Of a stretch of DNA of 64,000 bases, positions 52,439-64,000 are shown one piece after another. The DNA is from Octopus sinensis (taxonomy: Eukaryota). The notes beneath the pieces are model-generated. The model was given only the letters and a program-made list of their open reading frames with translations, did not search any database and was not told where the DNA came from. A program made the translations under genes and the position numbers. Each line of letters starts with the position of its first letter. Within the stretch, counting starts at the first letter, position 1. Location: NCBI RefSeq assembly GCF_006345805.1, contig NC_043005.1, positions 32,364,001 to 32,428,000 of the forward strand, in the 5' to 3' direction.

Positions 52439-53799
52439 GTTTTTAGATAAAGTTCAGAAATAACCCAATAGGTTTACCATTAATTCCATGAAATATTCAC
52501 AGGTCCTGCTAGTAATAGTAATAATAGTTATTGTAGTAAAGTGCAAACAACTTTGAATACGTAGTGAATTTTGAGAGAAAATTGACTATCTGCATTCTTT
52601 GATTAAGAAGCTTTGGCTTGGAAATTTTTGTCGTATTTTCAGTTTGATGGTGAGTGGTAGAGAGGTGTGGTGTTGATATGGACCATGTTTTGATGGCCAT
52701 GTTTACATGTGATTGGAGAACGTTTGGATACTTTCAATACAAAGAAGTCAATACTGAAAGTAAAATAATATAGATATTTCAGACACTACTTTACTATTTC
52801 TGACTCTCTTACAATATCCATCACCATCATTTTACATCCTGCTCTACTGTTCCCAGCAACTATCAGTAGTCATGTCTATCCTGTACTGCCTCTGTTCACC
52901 ATCACTTTACAAAGTATTCTATGCGTATTTTAACATGGTACCAGCATAAGTGAGGACTAAATAATACTCTTTACCCTATGTGGTCTCTGCTTGTCCCATG
53001 TGTCTTACCTTTTTGTACAAGTGCAACACAACCCTTATTGTTGATTAACATGTTTAATTATGTAACACTTCTGCAATTTGCTTTTTACAACCTTAATGTT
53101 TATTTCAAATTTTGTTCTAAATACCTATTCCCAAATTGTCTTCCTATGGTGATTTATTTTCAGAGTATTGAACTTCAAAACAAAGTTGAAATTGCAATAA
53201 TAATATAAGCTCAATAGGGTCTTTTCATCCCTTTAAATCATTTAAGCGTTCCCCCTATAAAAATTAATTTTTAATCACTAAAATAGAGACGGTATAAGTT
53301 TTGTCAGACCATTCATTCTAGCCCCAATCTATAGTGCAAGTTGTTATGCTACCTTAGTACAGTTGTAATACTGTGACTGTTAAATGTTAATCACTGAACA
53401 GGCCCAACTCTCTATTAAAAAAAAACTGAAAGAGACATGTTTTTGATAAACAGGCAAAATTAATTTTTGCCAAATTCCTCTATTTTACAATAGGTATATT
53501 TATATCTAACAACTTTAAATTTAAACATATTAACCTATCAACCTAATAAAAATACTCAACATAATAATACTCATTTTAATGTTATGTATAGCTTTAACTA
53601 AATTTAAAGAAATTTATCTAATAAACCATTAAGAAACATTATTTAACAAAACATACTATATAAAGACAAAAGAATAATGCAGGCCCCCAGCTGATTCTTA
53701 AGTCAGTAAGTAGAGGAATGTAACTCAATAAATACTGGCATGGCACTCCAAAAACCATTCTGTTTCTGGCAACCTGCTGTCCTAATGATAACAATAATA

Positions 53800-54205
53800 A
53801 TCCTTTATTATAAGGCCTGAAAATTTGGAGGAAGGGATTAAGTTGATTACATTGACCTCAGTGCGTAACTGGTACTTATTTAATCGACCCTGAAAGGATA
53901 AGAAACAGAATTTAAACTCAGAACATAGCAACAGAGAAAATGTTGCTAAGCGTTTCATCAATGATTCTACCTGCTCACCGCTATAATAATAGTAATAATC
54001 CTTTTTACAAAAGGCACAAGGCCAACAGTTTTTTTTATGGAAAGGATAAGTTGATTATATTGACCCCAGTATTCAACTGGTACTTATATTGACTATGAAA
54101 GGCAAAGTTAACCTTGGCAGAATTTGAACTCGGAATGTAAAGACGGATGAAATGCCACTAAGCATTTTGTCCAGTATGTTTATGATCCTGCCTGCTCACC
54201 ACCTT
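53800..54205 (-). mobile_element. Two tandem family B SINEs
   Basis: Both homologous to 11366-11599, separated by (AAT)n. Confidence 0.8.
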
Positions 54206-54944
54206 AATAATAATAATAACTACATTAATAATTTCTAATTTAGGGACATTGGTATGTGATATTGATAACAGAAAGGAGGAGGGCATTTATCTTTCTTTAG
54301 TAATTATTGAAAGGGTTGATTTATAGATCTTTACAGAATGATGTAGTATAGGTCTAGCAGTTCATACATTTGTTAACTGTTTAAACACTTCAGTCAGCCT
54401 CATGTGCAAAGCTTCAAATATAAAGTGTTAAGCATTTTTTCTCTGTTTGATATTTTTTATTCCACCATTCAAGTGTTGTTCTCTGTTGCAGCCTGATAAG
54501 TGGACACAGCTTTAGTCAGTGCCTTGCTCATGATATAATAGTAGTGTAGTAGTAGCTACACTACTCAAACTCAAGAGGTTGATACTTATTTCATTCCACT
54601 GTTGTACCTGCTCTCTTCAACACATGTATCCAATCAGGTTTCTTAAATGTTTGAGTAGCATACACAAAAGAAGGAGGATTGTGCAACCTGGTAATATCAC
54701 ACACTATTTTGTTTGAAGGAGGAGCGCTGAAGTTTTTAATAGGTTTTAAAACTAAACAACAGTTCAAAACATTTCTATTTTTAATTGGAGACAAGGGAAA
54801 TAATTTCTTATCTTTAAGATTTACATCCTGCTTCTTCGTCTTTTTTTCAAATTCGCTATGTGTTGAATAGAAAACTCCAGGCAAACCATATGTTGTTCAG
54901 GCTTTTTGTTGTCTACATGTTTTACTTTTTGAGCTATTGACATG

Positions 54945-55101
54945 CAGGCATGATAGTGTAGGTAAAAGTCTGCTTTCCAGCCACATGGTTTCAGGTTCAA
55001 TCATACTGCGAGGCACCTTGGGCAAGAATCTTATACAGTAGTCCCAGACTGACTAAAGCTTTGTGAGTTGGTTTGGTTGACAAAAACCTAAAGAAGTCCA
55101 T

Positions 55102-55105
<4 letters not shown>
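54945..55105 (+). mobile_element. SINE family A head, decayed
   Basis: ccacatggtttcaggttcaatc..ggcaccttgggcaag. Confidence 0.75.
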
Positions 55106-55140
<35 letters not shown>

Positions 55141-55227
55141 AGAGTTTACGAAAAAAACTAAAGATGAAGACAGGTGGTGTACAAAACAAACAGATGTATT
55201 AGCATAATGCTCAGGAATAGAAAAAGT

Positions 55228-55263
55228 CTTTTACGTTTTGAGCCTATGTTCTTCTACAGAAAG
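55228..55263 (-). ncRNA. Degenerate hammerhead-like motif in a Penelope-like relic (~55135-55365)
   Basis: Reverse complement cttt-CTGTAGA-a-gaac-atag-gctc-AAAA-c-GTA-aaag; context resembles 41935-42120. Confidence 0.5.
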
Positions 55264-55394
55264 GGACACAGAAAAAAAACAAGGAGAGAAAAAAATGTGT
55301 GTAGTGGCTAACAATCTATCATGGCGTCATGATGTAGTGGCTAACGATCTATCATAGCGTCATGGTGTCAGTGTTCTGTCTGCCTGTCTGTCTA

Positions 55395-55448
55395 TTTTCT
55401 TCTATCTATCTTTCTATCTATCTTTCTATCTATCTATCTTTCTATCTT

Positions 55449-55487
<39 letters not shown>

Positions 55488-55550
55488 ATCTATCTATCTT
55501 TCTATCTACCTATCTATCTTTCTTTCTTTCTATCTTTCTATCTATCTTTC
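55395..55550. repeat. (TCTA/TCTT)n tetranucleotide microsatellite
   Basis: Direct inspection. Confidence 0.95.
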
Positions 55551-55734
55551 CTTCTGCCACCACCGATTGGCAGACTGATGCCTGAGGGTTGCATCAAGTG
55601 GCTTCTAGTAGCGGGAACCTGAACTACAATGGGTTTGTTCCACAGAGAATGTTTCCAGTTACTTTTGGGTACCTCCTCATATAACGGTGAAGCCTACTTA
55701 CAATTAATGTTTGATGTTAGGACACACATAATGG

Positions 55735-56220
55735 GGTTTTTTTTTCAGTTTCCATTTACCATATCTGCACATGAGGCTTTGGTCAGCCTAGGTCTATAGT
55801 AAGATGACACTTTCCTAAAGTGCCACACAGTGGGACTGAACTTGAAATCCTGTGGCTGAGAAGCAAACTTTTTACCACACCTATGCAGCCATACCAGCAT
55901 AGTCATAGTCAAGAAATTTGCTTCCCAATCACATGGTTTTGGATTCAGACTTACTGTGTGGAATCCTAAGCTCTAGGCTGTTCAAAGCTTTGTGTGTAAA
56001 TTTGGTTGACAGAAACTGAAAAAAGCCTGCATGTGTGTGTGTGTGTGTTTGTGTTTGTCTTGACATCATGTGATTGTTGTAAATGAATATCTTTCATTTC
56101 CAATATTCTGCAAAACATGTCTAGTCATGCAGGTGAGGTTTGGTGACACGAAAGGCATCTGGCCATAAAAAAAATCTTGCTCAGTAAACTCTGTCTGATC
56201 CATATAAACATGGATATGTG
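55735..56220. mobile_element. Two old SINEs head to head (minus 55735-55900, plus 55905-56220)
   Basis: Decayed family A-like heads. Confidence 0.65.
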
Positions 56221-56228
56221 AAAGCAGC

Positions 56229-56270
<42 letters not shown>

Positions 56271-56887
56271 TAGCATTGATCTACTTTTGTGTGTATGTGG
56301 TGAGGTGCGGGCTATTTTATCATTTCTAATATTTTATTCACTTATATATTTTATGGGTTGGAAACATTGTTTTCATGATCTTAAAGATTTCAGAAGTTTA
56401 TCAGTTTGGTCAATAAAATTGAATTTTTCATGGTGTTTATGTTTAAACAGTCAATACTTAAATCATATTAAAGTAAGGACATCTCATGAAAAGTATAATC
56501 TTTCAATAAGAAAGTCAGAATAAAACCTGAAGATTTTGTGATATCTTTTTCATCTTTTATCATATAATGATTTTTATGTTTTATCAGTCAATGAACTTAT
56601 GTATTTTCTTTTAGAGAAAATATAATGCAAATTCAATCAATAAATTTTATCTTATATTTTTATGCCACTTCCCTCTGTTACTCTTCCATGGCTAGTTTAC
56701 TTGAGTTCAGTCTATTACTACTGTCACAACTAATGTTCGGAAAACTTAGTTACTGGCACTAAACAATGCAGAAGCTGAAACGTTCTATTGACATTCAACT
56801 GAAAAGATCAGCGTGCTTAATCTCTTCTTTGACCAAGGTACCATCTTTTCTGTAAGAAAAATGAAAAGCAGCATACTTTTGGAAGTT

Positions 56888-57281
56888 ACTCTCTTTACTT
56901 GTTTCAGTCATTTGACTGCGGCCATACTGGAGCACCGCCTTTAGTCGAGCAAATCAACCCCAGGACTTATTCTTTGTAAGCCTAGTACTTATTCTATCGG
57001 TCTCTTTTGCCGAACCGCTAAATCACGGGGACGTAAACACACCAGCATCGGTTGTCAAGCGGTGTTGGGGGGACAAACACAGACACACAAATACACACAT
57101 ATATATATACATATATACGATGGGCTTCTTTCAGTTTCCGTCTACCATATCCACTCACAAGGCTTTGGTTGGCCCGAGGCTAAAGTAGAAGACACTTGCC
57201 CAAGGTGCCACACAGTGGAACTGAACCCAGAACCATGTGGTTTGTAAGCAAGCTACTTACCACACAGCCACTCCTGCGCCT
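56888..57281 (-). mobile_element. SINE family A, full length
   Basis: Homologous to 27405-27812. Confidence 0.92.
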
Positions 57282-57833
57282 AAGTTGTTAAATTTATTTG
57301 AAAGTTGTTAAATTTATTTGTCAATTTGTCAAGCTAAATCAGTAAGACTTCTAAGTATTGATCACTGGCATCAGAGAAAATACTTTTTCAGAAAGTTTAC
57401 ATTTGAATTAGTGAATGAAACCAATGTGTAGTTATTTTTTTTTCTTTGACATCAATTATCAAATAACTTAGAGATCATTTTACAATTGTTGTAAAAGCTG
57501 AGTGTTTTGTGACTGGAACACTCAGGACCTCATTAGGATTCTGAAGTCTTAAGAATACTGGGTTATTTCAGTTGTATTATCTTTTCAAGACATGTATCAG
57601 ATTGTGGACAAATGGCACAATGGTATTAAATACCCCTAGTACTTGAGGAGATTGGTACTAATCAGTATTGATATTAATCTATATAGTAACTACCAATAAA
57701 TGTGTTATTGTTCTACTTTTAAATGTTAAATCAATAATGCTATGCAAATCTTCATCAATATTCTCTTTAACTAATTCAACAATGCTATTTTACCAAACCT
57801 ACATTGCTGCTTTACTAAATGATGTCTTCAGTT

Positions 57834-58042
57834 TACTCTTTTATTCTTTTCAGTCATTTGATTGTGGCCATGCTAGAGCACTGCCTTTAGTCGAGCAAAC
57901 TGACTCCAGGACTTATTCTTTGTATGCCTAGTACTTATTCTATCGGTCTTTTTTGCTGAACCGGTAAGCTATGGGGACGTAAACACACCAGCATTGGTTG
58001 TCAAGTGATGTTGGGGGGACAAACACAGACACACAAACATAT

Positions 58043-58100
<58 letters not shown>

Positions 58101-58242
58101 GATGGGCTTCTTTCAGTTTCCATCTACCAAATCCACTCACTTTGCCTGAAGCTATAGTAGAAGACACTTGCTCAAGGTGCCACGCAGTGGGACTGAACCT
58201 GGAACCATGTGGTTGGTAAGCAAGCTACTTACCACACAGCCT
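57834..58242 (-). mobile_element. SINE family A
   Basis: Homologous to 56888-57281. Confidence 0.9.
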
Positions 58243-59934
58243 ATGAGTTTGATCAAATTTTCATGTCTTTCATGTTTTTGTAACTCTTAGAGCATAGATG
58301 ATAATGTTAATAGCCTACAGTCATGGAATTTATTGATGTTTGTCATGATATGTAACTTTGTCTTGCTAATCATGGTGGAATAACCTGGATGTGTATGATG
58401 TCTGTTGGAACTCCTCCATGTGGTAAAGGTTTATTTTCCTGATCTATATGATTACATTCCTGCACAGTGGAATAGAGAAAATAAATTCCTCTACAGTGGA
58501 ATAGAAAAAATATATGTGATGGTGTTGAGTAATAATGTTCAAGAATGGGAGATTTCCGAGGATTCTATTTGTGGGTTCTGACTTTCTAGACTTTTAAATC
58601 TTAGTAAATATCTCACTTCAAATTGTTATTAATCCAGATTTGGTTAAACCTGAGCTAATGATTTTTCCAGAGAGCCAATATATAAAATGTATTGGCTCAG
58701 CATATTCAACTGACATTCCTAAAGTATTTGAAAAACTCTCTCTCCAGCAATTGACATATAATCGCTGATAAATTATACAACTGAAATACAGGTGGATTAC
58801 TGTTACTCAGTGGGGTGCATCAACTGGGGATCAATATTTGATTTTATAAGAGAGGTTTATTTGTGGGTTTTTTTTCTGCCTTTCCCCAAAATATTAAAAA
58901 TGTAAGGAAAGTGAATTTTAAGCAGGTCATTAATGCATTTTACTCAATATCTATCATAATATTTACTCATCCCAGATACATATAATGTTGGTGGCTCTCT
59001 GTGTGATTAGGATTTAGCTGTTTGATCAACTGGACTGACTGACTTGTCCATGATTTAATGTGTAAATGGCTGAGTATTCCATAGATGTATGTATCCTGAA
59101 CATAATTCTTAGGCAGACTCAGCTTGATACAATGACAAAGCTGTGCTTTTGGAATTATATGTACAATCCACTTGTCAAGTTTCTCTACAGCTTCCATCTC
59201 CAATTTTACTCAGGTGTTAGTTGACTTAAAGTTATAGAAAAATGTTGAACTAGGCATTTCATTGTTGGGAAACTAACTTTTTCAGCCATACTGCACCTAA
59301 TGTGGATATACATCATGAATATTAGTTATTGGATCAATTTTCATACAAGAAAAGTTGTTGTAGCAATAAGTAGTTTGTGACAGCCTAACTTTCAGAATGA
59401 TATCACTTTATACTTTTCAATGTTTTCTTTTAATCTGTAAAATTTGAAAATGTCTTTTGAGTCAGTTGAATGTGAATTTAATATGGCTTTTAGACTTGCA
59501 TCATACCAAAACCAGAAGCCTATTTCCCTTATGGCATTTTGTCAGTTGCTACCTCAGCTTGTGTTACAGACAGCATTGTTAACTGATTCTCTAACATGTT
59601 TTGCCAGCTTATTCTTCTCAACCTGCTCCATGCTCACACATTTTATTCCTTGTCACACCTACTTGTTTTGAATAAAATCAAATGATTATTCAGGTATATA
59701 TTACCTTCTAGGTACAGAACAGAATCTTGGCTTAAGGTGATGGTCACCTGTCTTCATCTCTCACTTAAGATTTGAAATTAAAATATTTCCAAACTTGTTA
59801 ACTTACAATTTAAGAGTTTAAAAGATAAAAATCCAAACAGCACATTTAACTGTTGTCAGATACGATGTCATGTTCTTAGTGATGCATTGTATTTTGACAT
59901 ATAGCCAGAACTCCAGTTGTTATTTACCTCTGCT

Positions 59935-60050
59935 AAGGTGGCATGCTAGCAGAACCGTTTTCACAGGCAAAATGTTTAGTGGCATTATATTCGTCTTTGT
60001 TCTGAGTTCAAATTCCACTGAGGTTGTCTTTCATCCTTTTGGGGTCAATA
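59935..60050 (+). mobile_element. SINE family B head
   Basis: gctagcagaacc...ctgagttcaaattccactgagg. Confidence 0.7.
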
Positions 60051-60054
60051 ATTG

Positions 60055-60900
60055 ACTTTGCGGTATACGGATGTCCTGAATCTATACTTGATGTGTGTCA
60101 TTAATACGTCCAAGAATGCTAGCTGATTGTCTTTTTCCTTTTCCATTGTGAACTGTATGGCTTTATTGAATTCACATGATCTAACAGCACTTAGACATCT
60201 TCCTGGTAGGGCCAGAGTATAAAGGCGTCATCAACATATCGCAGCCATAGGGTTGATTTCAGTGGTGTTGATCCTAAAGCCAAATTCTCAAAGTATTCCA
60301 TGTATATATTGGCTATTATCGGTGATAAAGGTGAACCCATAGCTAAACTCTCTTCTTGTCGATATATATCAGTGTCTATACTGAAGTAAGTAATTTCTAC
60401 ACAGAAGGTCAACATTTCCATCAAGTTCCTTATTGGTATACTAGTGCGTTCTTTTAGATTGGTGTCTGTCACTAGTTTTTCTTGAATCACCGATAGTGCT
60501 TCACCAGTTGGGACTTTGATGAACAGACTTATCACATCTAGACTCACCATCTGGTTGGATTCAATGGGGGTATCTTTGATCTATTCTGTGAAGTGGGTGG
60601 AATTCTTCACATATGATGTTGACTTTCCTGCTAATGGACTGATTATATCCACAAGGAAGCAGCTCAGTGGATGACATGCTGAACCTCTACAGCTCACTAT
60701 AGTTCTTAATGGAATACCAACCTTATGAATCTTAGGGAGACCATACATGTGTGGTAGTTTACTGTAGTGTTGAGTCAGTTGCCTGTACTTCATTGGTGTA
60801 AAGTGATCCTTTTTCTTGATCAAAATCTGTGACAATTCCTTCTCTCTTTTCAGAGTTAGGTCTATTTTTTTTCTTTGCTATGGCTACCATCACTTAATAT
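60055..60900 (-). mobile_element. Penelope-like element RT fragment
   Basis: MYGLPKIHK..PLRTIVS, MVSLDVISLF..VP, LAMGSPLSPIIANIYME, RYVDD, FLDV. Confidence 0.92.
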
Positions 60901-60950
60901 ATATTTTTCAGAGTAGTCATCATCATTTCCCAGGTTTTAAATTTTCCCAA

Positions 60951-60996
60951 GACACCTGATGAAGGCTGGAGGGTATATCAGCTGAAATGTTGTGTT
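60951..60996 (+). ncRNA. Minimal type I hammerhead ribozyme motif in a Penelope-like terminal repeat (~60925-61080)
   Basis: gacac-CTGATGA-a-ggctg-(10 nt)-cagct-GAAA-t-GTT-gtgtt: stems I and II and both core boxes present. Confidence 0.8.
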
Positions 60997-61309
60997 AACA
61001 ACAAAGATGAGGGCAAATATCCGTCAAATGTAAATAATGTAAATGATGTACATAATTCTTCATCTCTTAAATATAAAACTTTATTAACTAAACCTTTGTC
61101 TAAATAATTTGGGTACTTTGGCAAATCCAGTTGATAACATCTTCTTTGTTGTCAGCTGCCTCTCACCATGTATTTTACTTTCTGTTTATTTATTGTCTTT
61201 TTTTTTGTAAGCTGCAGAAATTTTAATTAGGTTTCTAGAATAAGTCTTTCCAAATATTTGTGTGTGTGTTTGAATGGGTTTTCCACTTCAGTTCATTCTG
61301 TCATTAATT

Positions 61310-61740
61310 TCTTCCAGTGATGGATTGGATCTGAAGTCTTCAAATTAGCTTTCTCCTTTCTGGTTTTGAGAAGCCTAATTTCTCAAGATTGGTATTTAGG
61401 CAGTGTGTTACATATCCCAGGGCCCCAATAATTACAGGTATAACAGGTATAAACCTGAACTTGTAATCTGGATAGAGTTACTGCAGATTTCTCAATAGTT
61501 CAGCATAGGTGTTCTCTTTTCCACTGATCTTCAACTTTATGTTAACATCTGCTGGGCAGCTAATTTCCACAACTGTGCACAGTTTCTCTTCTCTATCCCA
61601 AATCATTATATCAGGTCTGTTGTGCTTACATTTTATTGAGGTCTTCACTGAGACATTTCACCAGTATTCCTTTTTATTATGAGTGGCTATGGCTTCTACC
61701 ATATTGTGTGTTCTTATTTCTTTGTCCTTGCGATTATCCT
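61310..61740 (-). mobile_element. REL-type LINE endonuclease fragment
   Basis: Minus strand reads KCKHNRPDIMIWDREEKLCTVVEISCP...FIPVI..IGALG; a more decayed related piece lies at ~61860-62130. Confidence 0.75.
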
Positions 61741-62199
61741 TTCAAGGAATTTCACCCATGCAAGCAAGGAAAAGTAGACAAACATTAAAGCAATGATGAT
61801 GTTGATGTCTATCTGTCTGTCTGTCTCTTATATTTTTAATAGTTATAAATCTTCCACTGAGGAGGGAGCCAGTTTCCAACAAAGATACAAGGCTCCATCT
61901 TTGGGATGTAGTTAACACAGACAAATTCACATTTGTAACTTGAGAAAAGTCTTGCATATTTTTACTGTTCTGCTCACTGATTGCACTTGTAATGTATGAA
62001 TCAGCTAGTCTATTTCTCTTCCTGAAAACCCCAGTTTATCCAGATTCTCCTTTAAGCATTTACTAACTAAACCTAGTCCTCCAATTATTACTGGTATGAA
62101 TATGAATTCATAGTCTGGATATAAAAGCTGGAGGCTTCGAAGCAGTTATGTATGTATGTATGTATGTATGTATGTATGTATGTATGGGCATACACTGTA

Positions 62200-62392
62200 T
62201 GTATGTGTTTGTCTCTCCACCATTGCTTGGCAACAGATGTTGGTGTGTTTATGTCCCTGTAACTTAGTGGTTTGGCAAAAGAGTCTGATACAATAAGTAT
62301 TAGGCTTACAGAGAATAAGTCCTGAAGCCGATTTGTCTAAAGGTGGTGCTCCAGCATGGCCCCAGTCAAATGACTGAAACAAGTAAAAGAGT
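62200..62392 (+). mobile_element. SINE family A 3' half followed by (CA)n(CT)n
   Basis: Family A tail; compound microsatellite 62398-62480. Confidence 0.85.
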
Positions 62393-62396
62393 ATAT

Positions 62397-62484
<88 letters not shown>

Positions 62485-64000
62485 TAAAAGACACACTTGT
62501 TAAAAATGATGGACCCTATTATTGTATCTTTCAGTATATCTTGATGTGTCTGTTTCAAGCCTTCAAGGGTTGCTTCTCTTTCTTCTTAGGTTTCTTGTTT
62601 TGAAGCACATTTCATCTCCAATTCACTGTTTGAAGTGACTGAAGATTTCCCTGTCTATTTCAACTATTGTCCTTCCTCATTCATTCACTTTCTTTCATTA
62701 TTTCTTTACCTTTTTTCTCCCTAACAGAATCTGTCCTTGCTTCTTTTTATTTCTCAAACATTCCCAACTGCATTTTGATATCATTCACAAATCTCTCTCT
62801 TCCCTGTTATTTTATATGTTACTGTTCTAATTTAATCTTGCTGTTGTAGAGCTCTATCTTTCTCCATCCCACCTCTTCCTGTATCTCTTCAGTTATCACT
62901 CTACTCTCCCTCTCTATTTCATCAATTGCTTGTCATGTTTGCTGGATGTCTGCTAACTGTTTCTCTCACCTTGACTACTACTTTCTTTTCCCTCTTTCCT
63001 ATAATGTGATAGGAAAACAAAATATGAAAAAAAAGAAAGCAAAACACACACACTCTCTCTCTCTCTCTCTCTCTCTAAGAAATATTGGTTTCTATTACAC
63101 AAACAGAATGTAGGTTTCTTTGAGTAGAGAGATAATATTGAGATGTATAAATAAACACGAAGTTTGCTTGTATGTTCTGTTCATATGATGTCAACATTCA
63201 TTTAAAATTTTAATATTCAAGAACAAACTTCATTTATTTATTATCCAATAGCATGTCTGAACATAATGTTTGATCAATGATGATAAGTTAACATCAAAGA
63301 GATGTAAAATTTTATTCTTTAGATTCTGTATTGAAGCGGTGTTCAATTAATATTACTCATAGACTGTAGCTTTGAGAACAAGTGCTCTATCAAACACCTT
63401 GATAGTTTGCAGTGATCCTTGAATTAATTCATTCAAATTCAAGTTTACAAAGACTCTACTAGCTCCTTTTATCACACATAAAGAATATTTTCTTTTCTTT
63501 TTTTTTTGTATTATTTAGGTTCAGTTATTTCTCTGTCTCTTTTTTTTTCTCACTCTCCCTCCATTATCTTTATAAAATTTTGATTACACATTTATTCATG
63601 ATTCACTTCTTCAAAAACTGTACATCAATTTATTAGTGCAAATTAACCAATTCTAATTGTTGTAACATTTTAATATTACAAATATTACTTGTTTTAACAA
63701 TCAGTTAAGTGAACTGATCCTCTCTGGTTTATTGGTGTTTTATTTATTGAGTCAGGAAGATGAATCTCAGATGATTAAGAAATTTCACAAAAATGTATTA
63801 TTTCATATTTGTGCTTTTGTTTAGTTAGTCGAAGTAATTATCCTTTGAAATTTTATAGATTGTATATTTTCTTTTTCTGTAATTGTTCTCATGTAGAACT
63901 GGGTGTATAATGTTATTCTTTGATCAATATTTAGTTAGATAGTTTGTCTTTATTAAGAGTAGTAGAGAAAACAACTGGAGCACTGTTAATAGTGAATCAT

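Noticed and set aside
54591-54884. 97-aa minus-strand ORF
   Set aside because: No recognisable domain, non-ATG start, no convincing splice sites.

Overview
Eukaryotic, AT-rich, repeat-dense genomic DNA. The SINE/LINE families and giant TA-rich microsatellites strongly suggest an octopus (coleoid cephalopod); this is inferred from pattern recognition, not a database search. No confident host protein-coding gene was found, and nearly all long ORFs in the track are microsatellite artefacts (YIYI/HIHT). The contents are: an apparently intact DD37D (maT) Tc1/mariner element with TIRs and TA TSD (7629-8915); a decayed Gypsy element lacking RT; a Helitron helicase fragment and two non-autonomous Helitrons; three tandem R4/Dong-type LINEs; a decayed CRE-type LINE; three CR1-group LINE copies; many RTE 3' ends; many tRNA-derived SINEs; and Penelope-like relics carrying minimal hammerhead ribozyme motifs. 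A CpG-retaining island at about 24.0-25.3 kb looks like a promoter, possibly bidirectional, with a candidate uORF-bearing first exon. The most notable items are the hammerhead motifs, a stand-alone ~500-bp multi-hairpin element (40986-41483), the intact maT transposon and the promoter/uORF region. Boundaries of decayed repeats are approximate.
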